64,000 nucleotides of DNA from the NCBI GenBank assembly GCA_965153355.1, contig OZ231126.1, positions 48,174,001 through 48,238,000 on the forward strand. The letters run 5' to 3'. Source of the stretch: Flaccisagitta enflata. Lineage: Eukaryota. The notes under the pieces are model-generated. The model searched no databases. It had not been told where the DNA came from and saw only the letters and a list, made by a program, of their open reading frames with translations. Positions 13,830 to 26,880 of the stretch are shown one piece after another (within the stretch, counting starts at the first letter, position 1; each line of letters opens with the position of its first letter). A program made the position numbers and the translations under genes.

Positions 13830-14880
13830 GATATATATGATATATATGATATATATGATATATATGATATATATGATATATATGATATATGTAATATATA
13901 TTATATATGATATATATAATATATATGATATATGATATGATATGATATATGATATGATATATGATATGATATATGATATGATATATGATATATGTAATAT
14001 ATATTATATATGATATATATAATATATATGATATATGATATGATATGATATATGATATGATATATGATATGATATATGATATGATATATGATATGATATA
14101 TGATATGATTTATGATATGATATATGATATGATATATGATATGATATATGATATGATATATGATATGATATATGATATGATATATGATATGATATATGAC
14201 ATGATATATGACATGATATATGATATATATATGATATATATATGATATATGATATATGTATAATTATATATGATATATATATATATATGATATGATGATA
14301 TATGATATGATATATGATATGATATGATATGATATATGATATGATATATGATATGATATATGATATGATATATGACATGATATATGATATGATATATGAT
14401 ATGATATATATATGATATTATATATATATATATGATATATATATGATATGATATATGATATGATATATGATATGATATATGATATGATATATGATATGAT
14501 ATATGATATGATATATGATATGATTTATGATATGATTTATGATATGATATATGATATGATATATGATATAATATATGATATGATATATGATATGATATAT
14601 GATATGATATATGACATGATATATGACATGATATATGACATGATATAAGATATGATATGATATATGATATGATATATGATATGATATATGATATGATAAA
14701 TGATATAATATATATTATAATATATGATATATGATATGATATATGATACATGACATGATATATGATATATGATATATGACATGATATATGATATATGACA
14801 TGATATATGATATATGATATATGATATATGATATATGATATGATATATGATATATATGATGTATATGATATATTTGATAT
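13830..14880. repeat. ATATG/ATATATG simple satellite (12-bp atatgatatgat period)
   Basis: Direct inspection. Bracketed by the direct repeat atattagtatcatttatgat at ~13813 and ~14891. Confidence 0.95.
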
Positions 14881-15173
14881 CATTTATGATATATTAGTAT
14901 CATTTATGATGAACGAAATGAGTTTTCTATTTATTTCAAACCTTTTTAGCCATTTTTCATTCAAGCGTGACCGACGGATGGACAGAGCTTCTTATAGAGA
15001 TGCTATGGCACATCTAAAAATCATCCTAGCATATTTCTGAATCATTTCCAGTGATTTTTTACTGTTTCTTGATATTTTCAACTCGAGCGTTACCGACCAA
15101 CCAACCGACCGACCAACCGACCAACAGACAGAGCCTCTTATAGAGGTGCTATGGCGCACCTAAAAACAGGCGC

Positions 15174-15738
<565 letters not shown>

Positions 15739-16952
15739 TACTAATCGACTCAATAAAAACGTTGCACTTTTTGAGCTGATGATCTGGAATACATCGAGTT
15801 TTTTTTTGTCAGTAGTGAAGGAAAGTTGTGAGCAATCCGGAGTAAACACCATGGAAAGCTTGCAAGGCTTTCATCCTTCGTAATCGTATATTGGAGAATT
15901 CTGGGCAATGTTATTTCAACTTTCATATGATTCTATCAAGAAATATCACATGCATTGAAATAAGGGTAAAGCTTTACACAATTTTCAACAGCATAGGATA
16001 TCAATGAAAAAAACTTTTTGATTGGATGATACAATTTGAAATCATTGCCTTCTTTTTATCGACCGGCAAAGTCGTCATCGTCATCGTCGTCATCGTCATC
16101 ATCGTCATCGTCATCGTCGTCGTCTTTTAAATCGGTCGGAAGTATTTATTCAGATACTTCCGGCCAGTTCCGGGTCTAACCAACCTCCAATATTCTTCGT
16201 CTCATATGAAATTCTTTCGGTGTCATAATGATGGACACTTTGGACAGGCCCAAAAAGTCGACCGCTTAAGAACACGATCATGAGTCAAAATTAATTACGT
16301 CTCTGAGGTCAGAGCCATTTGGGGCTCTGGGTGTACAGGCATAGGGTGGTTTATATTTCTCATATTGGTCTAAAACAAATCATTGACATCTGACACTGTC
16401 CTAACAGGCTGACACCTTAGCTTTCAGTGAGCATTACGGTTTTGATAAGATCTCCACCATGTCCCCGCCACTTAGTCATGCGCCAAAGTTAGTTACTAAG
16501 AAGGCATGTCAGTTCGTCTGTTGATATGATGCACGAATACAGGTTCATACCCGACGAGCCCGAGCGCGGGTCCGGTCGGCCATTTTATCTTGGCAAACCA
16601 GCGTCTCTAGATCTCTTGAATTTCTTTCGAGTGTCCAGTCCACACATATCCTGATACAATATGCAACATGGTCAGGGGGTTCACAACACCTTTTTTATCC
16701 ACCTAAGGTTTGTTCCTGGGATGCTTGAGACGGGCCTGAATAAGCGGAGTTGCGTCATCAAGTCACGGGCATGACACGGCCACGGGGAAGCGGAAGCAAC
16801 GAGGGTAAAAATGAATGGGTGGTTATGTTCTTGACCGGTCATAGATTATCTGGATGAAAGTGCTAATGTACTGACTGAGAATCAATGTCCTCATCATCGA
16901 AGGGGAAGGTCGACAGGAAATTCCTTTGATGGAAAAGATAGGGTAATAAAGG

Positions 16953-17000
<48 letters not shown>

Positions 17001-17290
17001 AAGGCAGAAGGAAATTATCAACGCGGGGTTACGATATCGTCGGGGACGGGTGGGCAGGGGCGTGCAACCAGGATTATACAAAAAGGGGTCGCCGGGGTAG
17101 CCATGGCGACCCCTGTTGTCGGACAGAGAGAGAGAGAGAGATTTTGCTTATGTTCTACCCCGCATAGGTGAGTGAAGTGACTTCATTATTCAATCAAACA
17201 GATAAATCAATGCTGGCTTCAGATGATTGTAGACAACTTTTAAAACCAAATAATCTTCATTGTGCACAAGATTTTTTGAGATACAGATTA

Positions 17291-17511
17291 GGGGTAGCTG
17301 GCTACTAAGGCCTTGCGGGTTTGGCCGTAAGAAGGCCGAGGTTTGGTTTTGAGGCCAAACCCGAAATTCGGTTTTGCCCTCAGACCCGACTTTGCTGTCT
17401 AAGATCTTTTTGCTTCTATATTATTTATTCTATCTTTCATTTATCAAATCATTTTAATATTTTCTTTTAACTTTTTTTATAATATTTGATAATATGTGTG
17501 TGTCTTTCTTT

Positions 17512-17544
<33 letters not shown>

Positions 17545-17963
17545 ATGCTCTATATATATATATATATATATATATATCTTTCTCCTCTTATCTCTCATAT
17601 ATATATCTTCTCTCTCTATATATCTCTCTCTCTTTCTCTCTCTCTCTCTCTTTTTTTCTCTCTCTCTCTCTCTCTCTCTCTTTTTCTCTCTCTCTCTTTT
17701 TCTCTTATGTCAGTGTGTGTTTGTTTCTTTCCTTTTTCTCTTTCTTTTACTTTCAGTTTTTCTTTTTTCTCTCATTTTTTTTTCTCATTCTTTTTCTCAT
17801 TTTTTTCCCCTCTGGCAAATAACCAGACATCTTTTTGTTACTATAATTACTTAATAAACCAATATAAACCCGTCATAAACCCGCGGCAAGGTTTTGAGGT
17901 ACTCCCAACCCAAACTGAAACCGCGAAAAAAAACGCCATACGCAAGGCCTTACTGGCTACCCC
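17291..17963. mobile_element. MITE with GGGGTAGC termini and internal CT-rich tract
   Basis: ggggtagc..taaggccttgcg vs cgcaaggccttactggctacccc; flanks tta/ata. Confidence 0.6.
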
Positions 17964-19139
17964 ATAAACTTTGGCTCCGCCCCCTTCACACAAACACAAT
18001 CACACGTTCACAATCATCCACATTTTCAAACTCTATCATTACGGACCACAGCAACGGACGGACAGAATCTTTTACAGAGTCGTGAGCCTACGACTAAAAA
18101 CCGAGAAGGATATGTAAGGAAAGAGCAAAAAATTTTCGGAAGCCAATTGATCAATCAATCAAGTCAAGAAAAGGAATTGAGTTAAAAGAAAGAGAAGTAA
18201 ATGAAATAAAAGGGAAAGTCTGTAAGAAGGTTTAAACATGATTGAGATACAGAATGATAGAGAAACAAGGCCAACACCTATATGTCGCGTGCAAGACTTA
18301 CATAACAACTTAGAATGATTTAGAATGACTAAGTATACTCTGAAATGACTTAATATGACTTAAGGAAATAGATTTGATAAAAAAGAGAAAAAGTGTGACG
18401 GACCAACAGAGAGACAGATAAACCGACGGACGGACGGTCCCACGGACAGACAAAGCAGGGTGTAGAGTCGCGTGCACGCGACTAATAAGGTGAGGCGCGT
18501 AAAAACTCGTGGTTGATTATTGGCGTTTTGCCTTCGACCTTTTGTTTCGCCCTCGACGCGTCGCCACTCGTCGATCGTCGCATCGTTTCATCAGTTGGCC
18601 TTTTGTTTCCGTCAGTTGGCCGTGTTTCGGATCATCGATGTCGATGACGTCACTCAACGCCATCTGCGCACATCCAAAAGGGAACGATGTGATTACTCAT
18701 TTTAACGTCATTCATTAAACATTTTGACGGTTTGTATCTAATTAATCGCCCGCGCAAGGCTCACTTCTCTTAATCACGCCTGGCGGTTCGTTGGATGCTC
18801 TTTTATTCTAGTGGTGTTTGTTACGCTCTTTTCGGATGGTGTATCCAAAATATTCTAGTTGTATAGAAAACCGGGGGTGATCAATTTAAAGCGTGATGGT
18901 TAGAAGTATTCACAGGCAGCCACAAACCCACAAGTCAATTGCTTATGTGCTTTGGCGCGTCTCAGTAAGCCTTAAATCGGCCTTGTAGTCGTCACTCAGG
19001 AAACCCCATGGAGACACTTGACCGTTGGCTTTGTCACCGCGTATTTGTTTTTGTTTACTGCCCTTTTTGTCAAATTTCTTTCGTGAATAATCCCCACAAC
19101 TTATTTTTTCGAGAAAAAAAAACTTAGCCCTGAGAATTG

Positions 19140-19890
19140 CTTCCTTTTCCCATCTTCTTTGTCTCTCTTTCTTTTTTCTTTTCTTTTCTTTTCTTTTCTT
19201 TTCTTTTCTTTTTTTCTTTTCTACCTTTTTCTTTTTTTCTTTTTTTCTTTTTTTCTTTTTTTTTTTTTCTTTTTTTCTTTTTCTTTTTCTTTTTCTTTTT
19301 TTCTTTTTCTTTCTTTCTTTTCTTTTTTCTTTCTTTTTCTTTCTTTTTCTTTTCCTTTTCTTTTTTTTCTTTTTTTCCTTTTTCTTTTTCTTTCTTTTTC
19401 TTTTTCTTTTTTTCTTTTTCTTTTTTTTTTCTTTTTTCTTTCTTTCTTTTTCTTTTTCTTATTCTCTTTTTCTCTTTCTTCTTTTTCTCTTTTCTCTTTT
19501 TCTCTTTTTTTCTCTTTTTTCTCTTTTTCTTTCTTTCTCTCTTTCATTATTTTTCTTTCTTTCTTTCTTTCTTTCTTTTTTCTTTGTTTCTTTTCTTTTC
19601 TTTTCTTTTCTTTTCTTTTCTTTTCTTTTCTTTTCATTTCTTTTCTTTTCTTTTCTTTTCTTTTCTTTTCTTTTCTTTTCTTTTCTTTTCTTTTCTTTTC
19701 TTTTATTGTTTTGTTTCTTGGATTCTTTGTTTCTTTTTTTCTTTGCTTGTCTCTCTCTTCTGTTTCCTTTCCTTTCTTTTCTTTTCTTTTCTTATCTTTT
19801 CTTTTCTTTTCTTTTCCTTTCTTTTCTTATCGTTTCTTTTCTTTTCTTCTCTTTTTCTTTTCTTTTTCTTTTCTTTTCTTTTTCTTTTCC
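19140..19890. repeat. ~750-bp polypyrimidine (TTTTC)n tract
   Basis: Almost only T and C on the + strand. Confidence 0.95.
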
Positions 19891-20468
19891 CAATTTCATT
19901 TACGCAGATTCTTCGCCCCTCGCATCGATTCGCGCCCAAGTGTGATTTGTTGTCTTTTTCCGGAGTGTGAGGGCCGAAAAAGGGGGATGATCAAAAGGAA
20001 GAGGTAAATGAATTGGTGAGGGAGAGTGATTGGAATGGGACTAAAAATGAGGGGTGCATACTAGAATTCAAATATCGCCGCGATTCTGACTTCCGATTTT
20101 GTCTTCATAACAACTTCATATGCTAAATTACAAGGAAACTATTTGCTCAAACATTGAAGACAAATGAAAAATTGAAGAGGGAAGTTGTTAACTTGTTGTC
20201 CCATTCATGAGAAATCGCTTTTGGCTTTTCGCCTGAGCTTTAGAAAAAAAAATCCAAACATTCACTTGTTCTGAAATCGATGAGAGATGCAGGGTAATAC
20301 CTCTCTTTTAGGCTCTCTCAGCGGCACTCATTTTTACAAATGTGAGGGTCGAAACAGAGGGAAGTCGGAAGGGGGAAAACCGTGTAATGATGGGGGAGGG
20401 GGATTGGAATTAGGCTAAGAACCAGAGGTGTGAAGGCCGAAAAAGAGGAGGGTCAGAAAGGGGAGGTA

Positions 20469-20552
20469 CAGTCAAATCCCGCTCTAACGAATTTCATAAG
20501 ACTAACTAACATTATCCGTTCGTGGCGGGCCTATTAGAGCGGGGTTCAACTG
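20469..20552. mobile_element. Tiny pogo/Tigger-like MITE
   Basis: ta-CAGTCAAATCCCGCTCTAA ... TTAGAGCGGGGTTCAACTG. Confidence 0.55.
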
Positions 20553-20877
20553 GATTTGAAAGGCTGGGGGAATGGGATTGAAATGGGGCTAAGAACCAGA
20601 GGTGTGAGGGCCGATAAAGAGGGAAGTTGGAGAGGGGAGGTATATGAAATGGGGCCGAGGGGGGGGGGGAAGGGGGAGGGATATAATGGGGGTGAGTCAG
20701 GAAGTGTGGGGGCAGTATAGGGGGAAAGAAAGGCTAAATAGGTAAATCAAATGGGGGTTGTGAATACACGAGTTGTGAAGGCCAAAAAAAAGTGGAATTC
20801 AGGTGGGAAAGTTGAATTATGGGCGTAGGGGAGGGTAGGCGAAAGAGGCGTGAGGGCCAAATGAGCGGGTAGCCAGA

Positions 20878-21538
20878 AAATAGTCGCAAAAACATTAGAT
20901 GGTCAGCAGTACCCGTTGCCCCAATGTAAGTATATGTGGGTGTGTGATGGTGAGAGCATCAATAATGGGATTTGAGACTCAAGGCTGTGATTTGAGCCAT
21001 GCAACTGTGATTTGAGCCATGAGGCAGCTATTTGAGCCTTGAGCCTGTGGTTTGAGCCTCAAGGCTGGGATTTAAGGCTAGTATTTGAGGCTTTAGGTTT
21101 GGATTTGAGCCTTGAGGCTGGGATGTTAGCCTTGATGCTGGGATGTTAGCCTTGAGGCTGGGATTTGAGCCTTGAGGCTGGTATGTTAGCCTTGAGGCTG
21201 GGATGTTAGCCTTGAGGCTGGGATATGAGCCTCAAGGCTGGGTTGTGAGCTATGGGGCTGGGATGTGAGCCTTGAGGCTGAAATTTGAGCCTTGAGGCTG
21301 GGATTTGAGTCCCGAAGTTGGGTTTTGAGCCTCAAGGTTGGGATTTGAGCCTCAAGGTTGGGATTTGAGCCTCAATGCTAGGATTTGGGCCTTGAGGCTA
21401 GAATTTGGGCCTGGAGACTAGGATTTGGGCCTCAAGGCTGAGATATGAGCTTCAAAGGGGATGGACGGAGAAGAAGAAGAAATTTCCCCTATGTGTGAAA
21501 GCGAAGGTCATCGGCCCCTTTGGGGCCGCTGCCCAAAA
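20878..21538 (+). mobile_element. HINE-like family B copy with 20-bp array
   Basis: aaatagtcgcaaaaacattagatggtcagc ... ggtcatcggcccctttggggccgctgcccaaaa. Confidence 0.75.
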
Positions 21539-22008
21539 AGGAGGTATTACATGTGGAAATAAGATTGACATTGGGGTGGGTGCAGGTATTGTGAAACGAG
21601 TGAGCAGTGACGCGGGGTCACAATATCATTGCGGACGGGTGGGCAGGGGCGTAAAAAACGCCCCCTAACTCCCACACACACACATATAGTATCCTAAACG
21701 TGCTTTGAGGTCAAATAGAGTGATAGACGCAACTGGGCAGAGTGGGAGAAATGAGGGAAGAAACGACGTAACAACAGAAACTGCAGCCTACCAAGCCCTC
21801 AAAAGATGTCACTTGAAATATATTGGGGATAAATCGGGGATGTACTGGGAAAATGGAGAAGGAATCCTTTCAAAATCTTTTAGCAGCCATTCGAGTGTCA
21901 ATATCCTTATATTCCAATCTCAACTCTAAATGGAAATGCCATGGGCATACGCGCTGGGCGTCAACGTCGCTTATGACGGTATTAACAACGGTCATGGACA
22001 CATTGGAG

Positions 22009-22350
22009 CAGGGGTGTATAAAGTTAAGTATTCCCCCATAAAAGGGTCTGGAGATTGGGAAGAAAATCAAAGGGTGGAAAGGGAGAAAAAAATAAAATTT
22101 TTGAAAATTCTACACTTTTGACAGTTCCAAAAGGTAGTATTTGATTACTACAACACTATTTTACACTTTTCTGACCATATTTATACTATATTTATAAATA
22201 TATACATATTAAATCATATATTATGTGTAATATTTGTACTCTATGGGTTAGAAAATCAAACCATTTTTTGACCTGGCCGGCCCGCGGGGAAGGAAATCAA
22301 AGACCAGGGGGGGAAAGAAATCAAAAGCCGCTCAACTTTATACACCCCTG
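22009..22350. mobile_element. hAT MITE
   Basis: TIR CAGGGGTGTATAAAGTT / AACTTTATACACCCCTG; exact 8-bp TSD CATTGGAG. Confidence 0.92.
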
Positions 22351-23562
22351 CATTGGAGAGTTGAGGCGGAAGTGGGGCGTGGTGAGTGTGTAGGGTGGCA
22401 AGCGTGTCGGAGCGGCTGGCAGTGGTCGTAAAGGTTGGTAGGGGTGTTAAGGGTAGTCGAGGTGGCTGGAAGGGGTGTTTAGGGGGGTCGTAGTTGTTGG
22501 CAGGGGTGTTTAGGGTGGTCGGAGTGACTAGCAGTGGTGTTTAGGGTGGTCGGATTGGCTGGCAGAGGAGTAAAGGGTGGTCGGAATGGCTGGCAGGGGT
22601 GTTTAGGGTGGTCGTCATCTAGCTCCTGGTCATGTACTTTATGGTTACGGGGGGGGGGGGGCGGGTTAGACATGAAAAAAGAGCTGGACTGTGCTGAATT
22701 GACACTGGTAATCACATTTTTAGATGATTAAGATAGGATGCTAGCGAAGCAGTTGATATGAAAACTGGACGCTTTCCCATCCTTTGTTGATGTCCATGAT
22801 ACCCACACTTCGAAAGACTTCGGAAGAGGCCTCATGAAAATACCATGTCATGAGACTTTACATGGTGTTCATAAACACTATGGATGAGGTCGGAAAAATA
22901 GGGGCAAAAAAATCCCTATTGTAAGAGTACAGTAAATGCCATTTAAAGTCAATGCACAAATTATACCTTTTTGAAAAAAAATCTAAGTGATTCTGATTAT
23001 TTAATTACTTATGGGTGCTTCTTTCTGCATGCCTTGATTGTCACAAACATGTCCCAGAGCATTGAAAGACTAGTCTTTGTTGTCCTTCAGTTGTCCCAGA
23101 CTTGTCCTGAAGTTGTCCTAAAAGTGCAGGTGGGTTACTATAGGACATTAATAATATTCTTTTCAGCCAAATTTTTCTGTGAAAAATGATTATCAGTTTT
23201 GCCAGATTTATCCCAGAGTTGCAGGAGAGATGTTCAAGAGTTTTCCTAGAATTGTTCTTGAATTTTCTCAGTTGTCCTAAAGTTATCCAGGTGTTGTCCT
23301 GATTATCCTGAGGTTAAACATGTTCGTCCATCCATCGGTCCATCCCCCATGCCCTTGTAGGTCTGAAATCTGCACTCTCAGGCCTGAAATCTATCTTCTC
23401 AGGCCTGAATTCTACCCTCTCAGGCTTTGAATCATAAAAGGCAGATTTAAGGCCTGAGAGGACCTTCAGCAAAGCACCGCTAAAGCGCACCCGCAATAAA
23501 GGCATGCACGCCTATAAGAGATTTTGTAGTCATTTCTACAATGGCAATAAGGCATCCTTTCT

Positions 23563-24157
23563 CACTGTATTTTTACAATATATCCTAGTGAAAAATCATA
23601 TAACAGTTTTTTTCAGCAGTTATGTGTAATATTGGGGTATATTAACATATAGGAGGTAAAAATGAAATTATTCCCCAGCGCTTTTTGAGTAATCTTCAAG
23701 GTAGGAATAAGTTGGATCTCTTTTCAATCCATATTTAACCAAGTTGTATTGACTCATTTTCTGATTCCAAATTGTCAATCCTTACAAAATTTCTTCTCAT
23801 TTGATAGGTTGCACTTAGAGGTTTTGTAAAAAATTAAAATTTATATTTTTTAAGTTGCGGTGGCTTAAGAAATAAAAATTTGAATTCTTTTCAAAAGTAT
23901 AAAGTGTGACCCATCAAATGGGAGCAAATTTTGCAAGAATTAACAGTATGAAATCAGAAAAATATTTGATCTGACTCCATAGAATCTTCAGTGAAAATGG
24001 GTTAGATTTTATCTATTTTGAAGATTCCTCAAAAAGTGCTTGGTCAATGATTTCCTCTTTGCTAGTTATGTGTTAAAACACTTTGATACCACACAAAACT
24101 GCAGAAAAACCCACTGTTATATGATTTTTTACTCAAAGCTGACTTAGAAGCACAGTG
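23563..24157. mobile_element. CAC...GTG element, same family as 3996-4813, nested in 22804-29863
   Basis: Ends CACTGTA / CACAGTG; 4-bp TSD TTCT; shared internal sequence (gcgctttttgagtaatcttcaa, catttgatagg core). Confidence 0.8.
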
Positions 24158-24811
24158 TTCTGTATAATTTAAAACTGCCCAGTCCCTTGAAATGCGCTCT
24201 AGTGAAGCCCAACTATATTTCAGGCCTAAAAGCGCAGCCTTTAGGCCTGAAAATGCGGATTCAAGGTCTGAGAGGGCAGATTTCAGGTCTGAAGGGTAGA
24301 TTTTCGGCCTGGGAGGACAGATTTCAGGCCTAAGAGGGCCTGTGGGACATAAATGGATAAACAAATGAATATATGAAGGCCCTCTGTTTTCTACAGAACT
24401 TTTTCCCCTTTGGGGCCGCTGCCCCAAAGGCTAAATGATAGCTTTGGAGGACTAATTTAAGGGCTTGGGGACAAAAGATCAGGCCTCGGCCTGAGAGAGC
24501 TAATTTGAAGTCTCAATGGCAAACAGAGGGGAGAAGGAAATAGTTGCAAAGGCGTTAGATGGTCGGTTGTACCCGTGCCCTGCCTAAGTAGGTTGTGGTT
24601 GAAGTCAAGGGGGAGCAGGGCAGCGGCCCCAAAGGGGTTGATGACCTTTGCTTTCACACATATGGGGATTTTCTCCTTCTACTCCTCTGTCCCTCCCCTT
24701 CAAATCCCAGTCTCAAGGCCCAAAATCTGGTCTTGAGGCCCAAATCCCAGTCTCGAGGCCCAAATCCAAGCGTCAAGGCCCAAATCCAAGCGTCAAGGCC
24801 CAAATCCTAGC

Positions 24812-26880
24812 CTGGAGGCTGAGATTTGGGCCTCAAGGCTTGACTGAGAATTTGACCTTGAGGCTGAGATTTGGGCTTCAAGACTGAAATCTGGGCCTCC
24901 AGGCTAGGATTTTGGCCTTGAGGCTAGGATTTGGGCCTTGAGGCTGGGATTTGGGCCTCAAGACTGGGATTTGGGCCTCAAGAGTGGGATTTGGGCCTTG
25001 AGACCAGAATTTGGGCCTCAAGACTGGGATTTGAAGGGGGGATGTAAAATAGTCGCAAAAGTGTTAGATGGTCAGTGGTACCCGTTGCCCCTTAGTGAGT
25101 AGCTGTTGACTTTTTGGGCAGCAGCCCCAAAGGGCCAAGGTCCTGTAAAACACAGGGGGGATTTTGAGACGTCCATCCGTCCTTCCATCCGTCCTTCCAT
25201 CCGTCCGTCCATCCATCCCCCCCGATGACCATCCAGGCCTCGAGTAAGCCCTCCCAGTCCTCAAGTGAGCCCTCCCAGGCCTCAAGTAAGCCCTCCCAGG
25301 CCTCTGTTTAGCCCTCCAGGCCTCAAATTAGCCCTCTTTGCTTCAAATCAGCCCCCCCCCCTCATGCCACAAATCTGCCCTCCAGACCTCAAATCCGCCC
25401 TCCAGACCTTCAATCAGCCCTCCAAGCATAAAACCAGCCCTCCAAACCTCAAATCTGCTCTCCAAGCCTTAATTTTGCCCTCCAGCCTTCAAATTTACTT
25501 TCAGTGGCCTAAATTAGCCATCTAGAGCCCCTGAGGTCAGACGGAAGGCCCTTTGGGGCCGCTGCCCTGCTCTCACTCCACCTCTTTACTGGATCACTCC
25601 CAGCAGGGCATTGGGTACCGCTGACCATGTGCGATCCTTGGATGACTTGTTTTGTTGTGTAATGGTGAGAGGGGCAGCGGCCCCAAAGGGGCCAATGACC
25701 TATGCTCAGTAATTTTTGAGGATCTAGGCTTGAAAGGGAGCATCAATAATGGGATTTGAGCCTTGATCAGAAAAGGATTTGAGCCTCAAGGTTGGGATGT
25801 GAACCTTGTGGCTAGGATCTGAGCCTTGAGGCTGTGATTTGAGCCTGGAGGCTGAGATTTGGGCCTCAAGGCTGGGATCTGGGCCTCTTGGCTGAGAATT
25901 TGACCTTGAGGCTGAGATTTGGGCTTCAAGACTGAAATCTGGGCCTCCAGGCTAGGATTTTGGCCTTGAGGCTAGGATTTGGGCCTTGAGGCTGGGATTT
26001 GGGCCTCAAGACTGGGATTTGGGCCTCAAGAGTGGGATTTGGGCCTTGAGACCAGAATTTGGGCCTCAAGACTGGGATTTGCAAGGGGGGATGCAAAATA
26101 GTCGCAAAAGTGTTAGATGGTCAGTGGTACCCGTTGCCCCTTAGTGAGTAGATGTTGACTTTTTGGGCAGCAGCCCCAAAGGGCCAATGTCCTGTAAAAC
26201 ACAGGGGGGATTTTGAGACGTCCATCCGTCCTTCCATCCGTCCCTCCGTCCGTCAGTCCATCCATCCCCCCGATGACCATCCAGGCCTCGAGTAAGCCCT
26301 CCCAGGCCTCAAGTGAGCCCTCCCAGGCCTCAAGTAAGCCCTCCTAGGCCTCAATTTAGCCCTCCAGGCCTCAAATTAGCCCTCTTTGCTTCAAATCAAC
26401 CCCCCCCTCATGCCACAAATCTGCCCTCCAGACCTCAAATCCCCCTCCAGACCTTCAATCAGCCCTCCAAGCATAAAACCAGCCCTCCAAACCTCAAATC
26501 TGCTCTCCAAGCCTTAATTTTGCCCTCCAGCCTTCAAATTTACTTTCAGTGGCCTAAATTAGCCATCTAGAGCCCCTGAGGTCAGACGGAAGGCCCTTTG
26601 GGGCCGCTGCCCTGCTCTCACTCTACCTCTTTACTGGATCACTCCCAGCAGGGCATTGGGTACCGCTGACCATGTGCGATCCTTGGATGACTTGTTTTGT
26701 TGTGTAATGGTGAGAGGGGCAGCGGCCCCAAAGGGGCCAATGACCTATGCTCAGTAATTTTTGAGGATCTAGGCTTGAAAGGGAGCATCAATAATGGGAT
26801 TTGAGCCTTGATCAGAAAAGGATTTGAGCCTCAAGGTTGGGATGTGAACCTTGTGGCTGGGATCTGAGCCTCGAGGCTGT
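24812..26880. repeat. ~1.05-kb tandem duplication of a chain of HINE-like family B/C elements
   Basis: For example, aatagtcgcaaaagtgttagatgg at ~25049 and ~26097; units nearly identical. Confidence 0.85.

Larger units (their letters stand above)
13400..15165 (+). mobile_element. Composite HINE carrying a 21-bp minisatellite and a ~1-kb ATATG satellite
   Basis: Left aaacaaggccggatacacgg plus subTIR GGTGCGCC. Right aggtgctatGGCGCACCtaaaaa, with a second degenerate right end at ~14990-15020. Confidence 0.6.
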
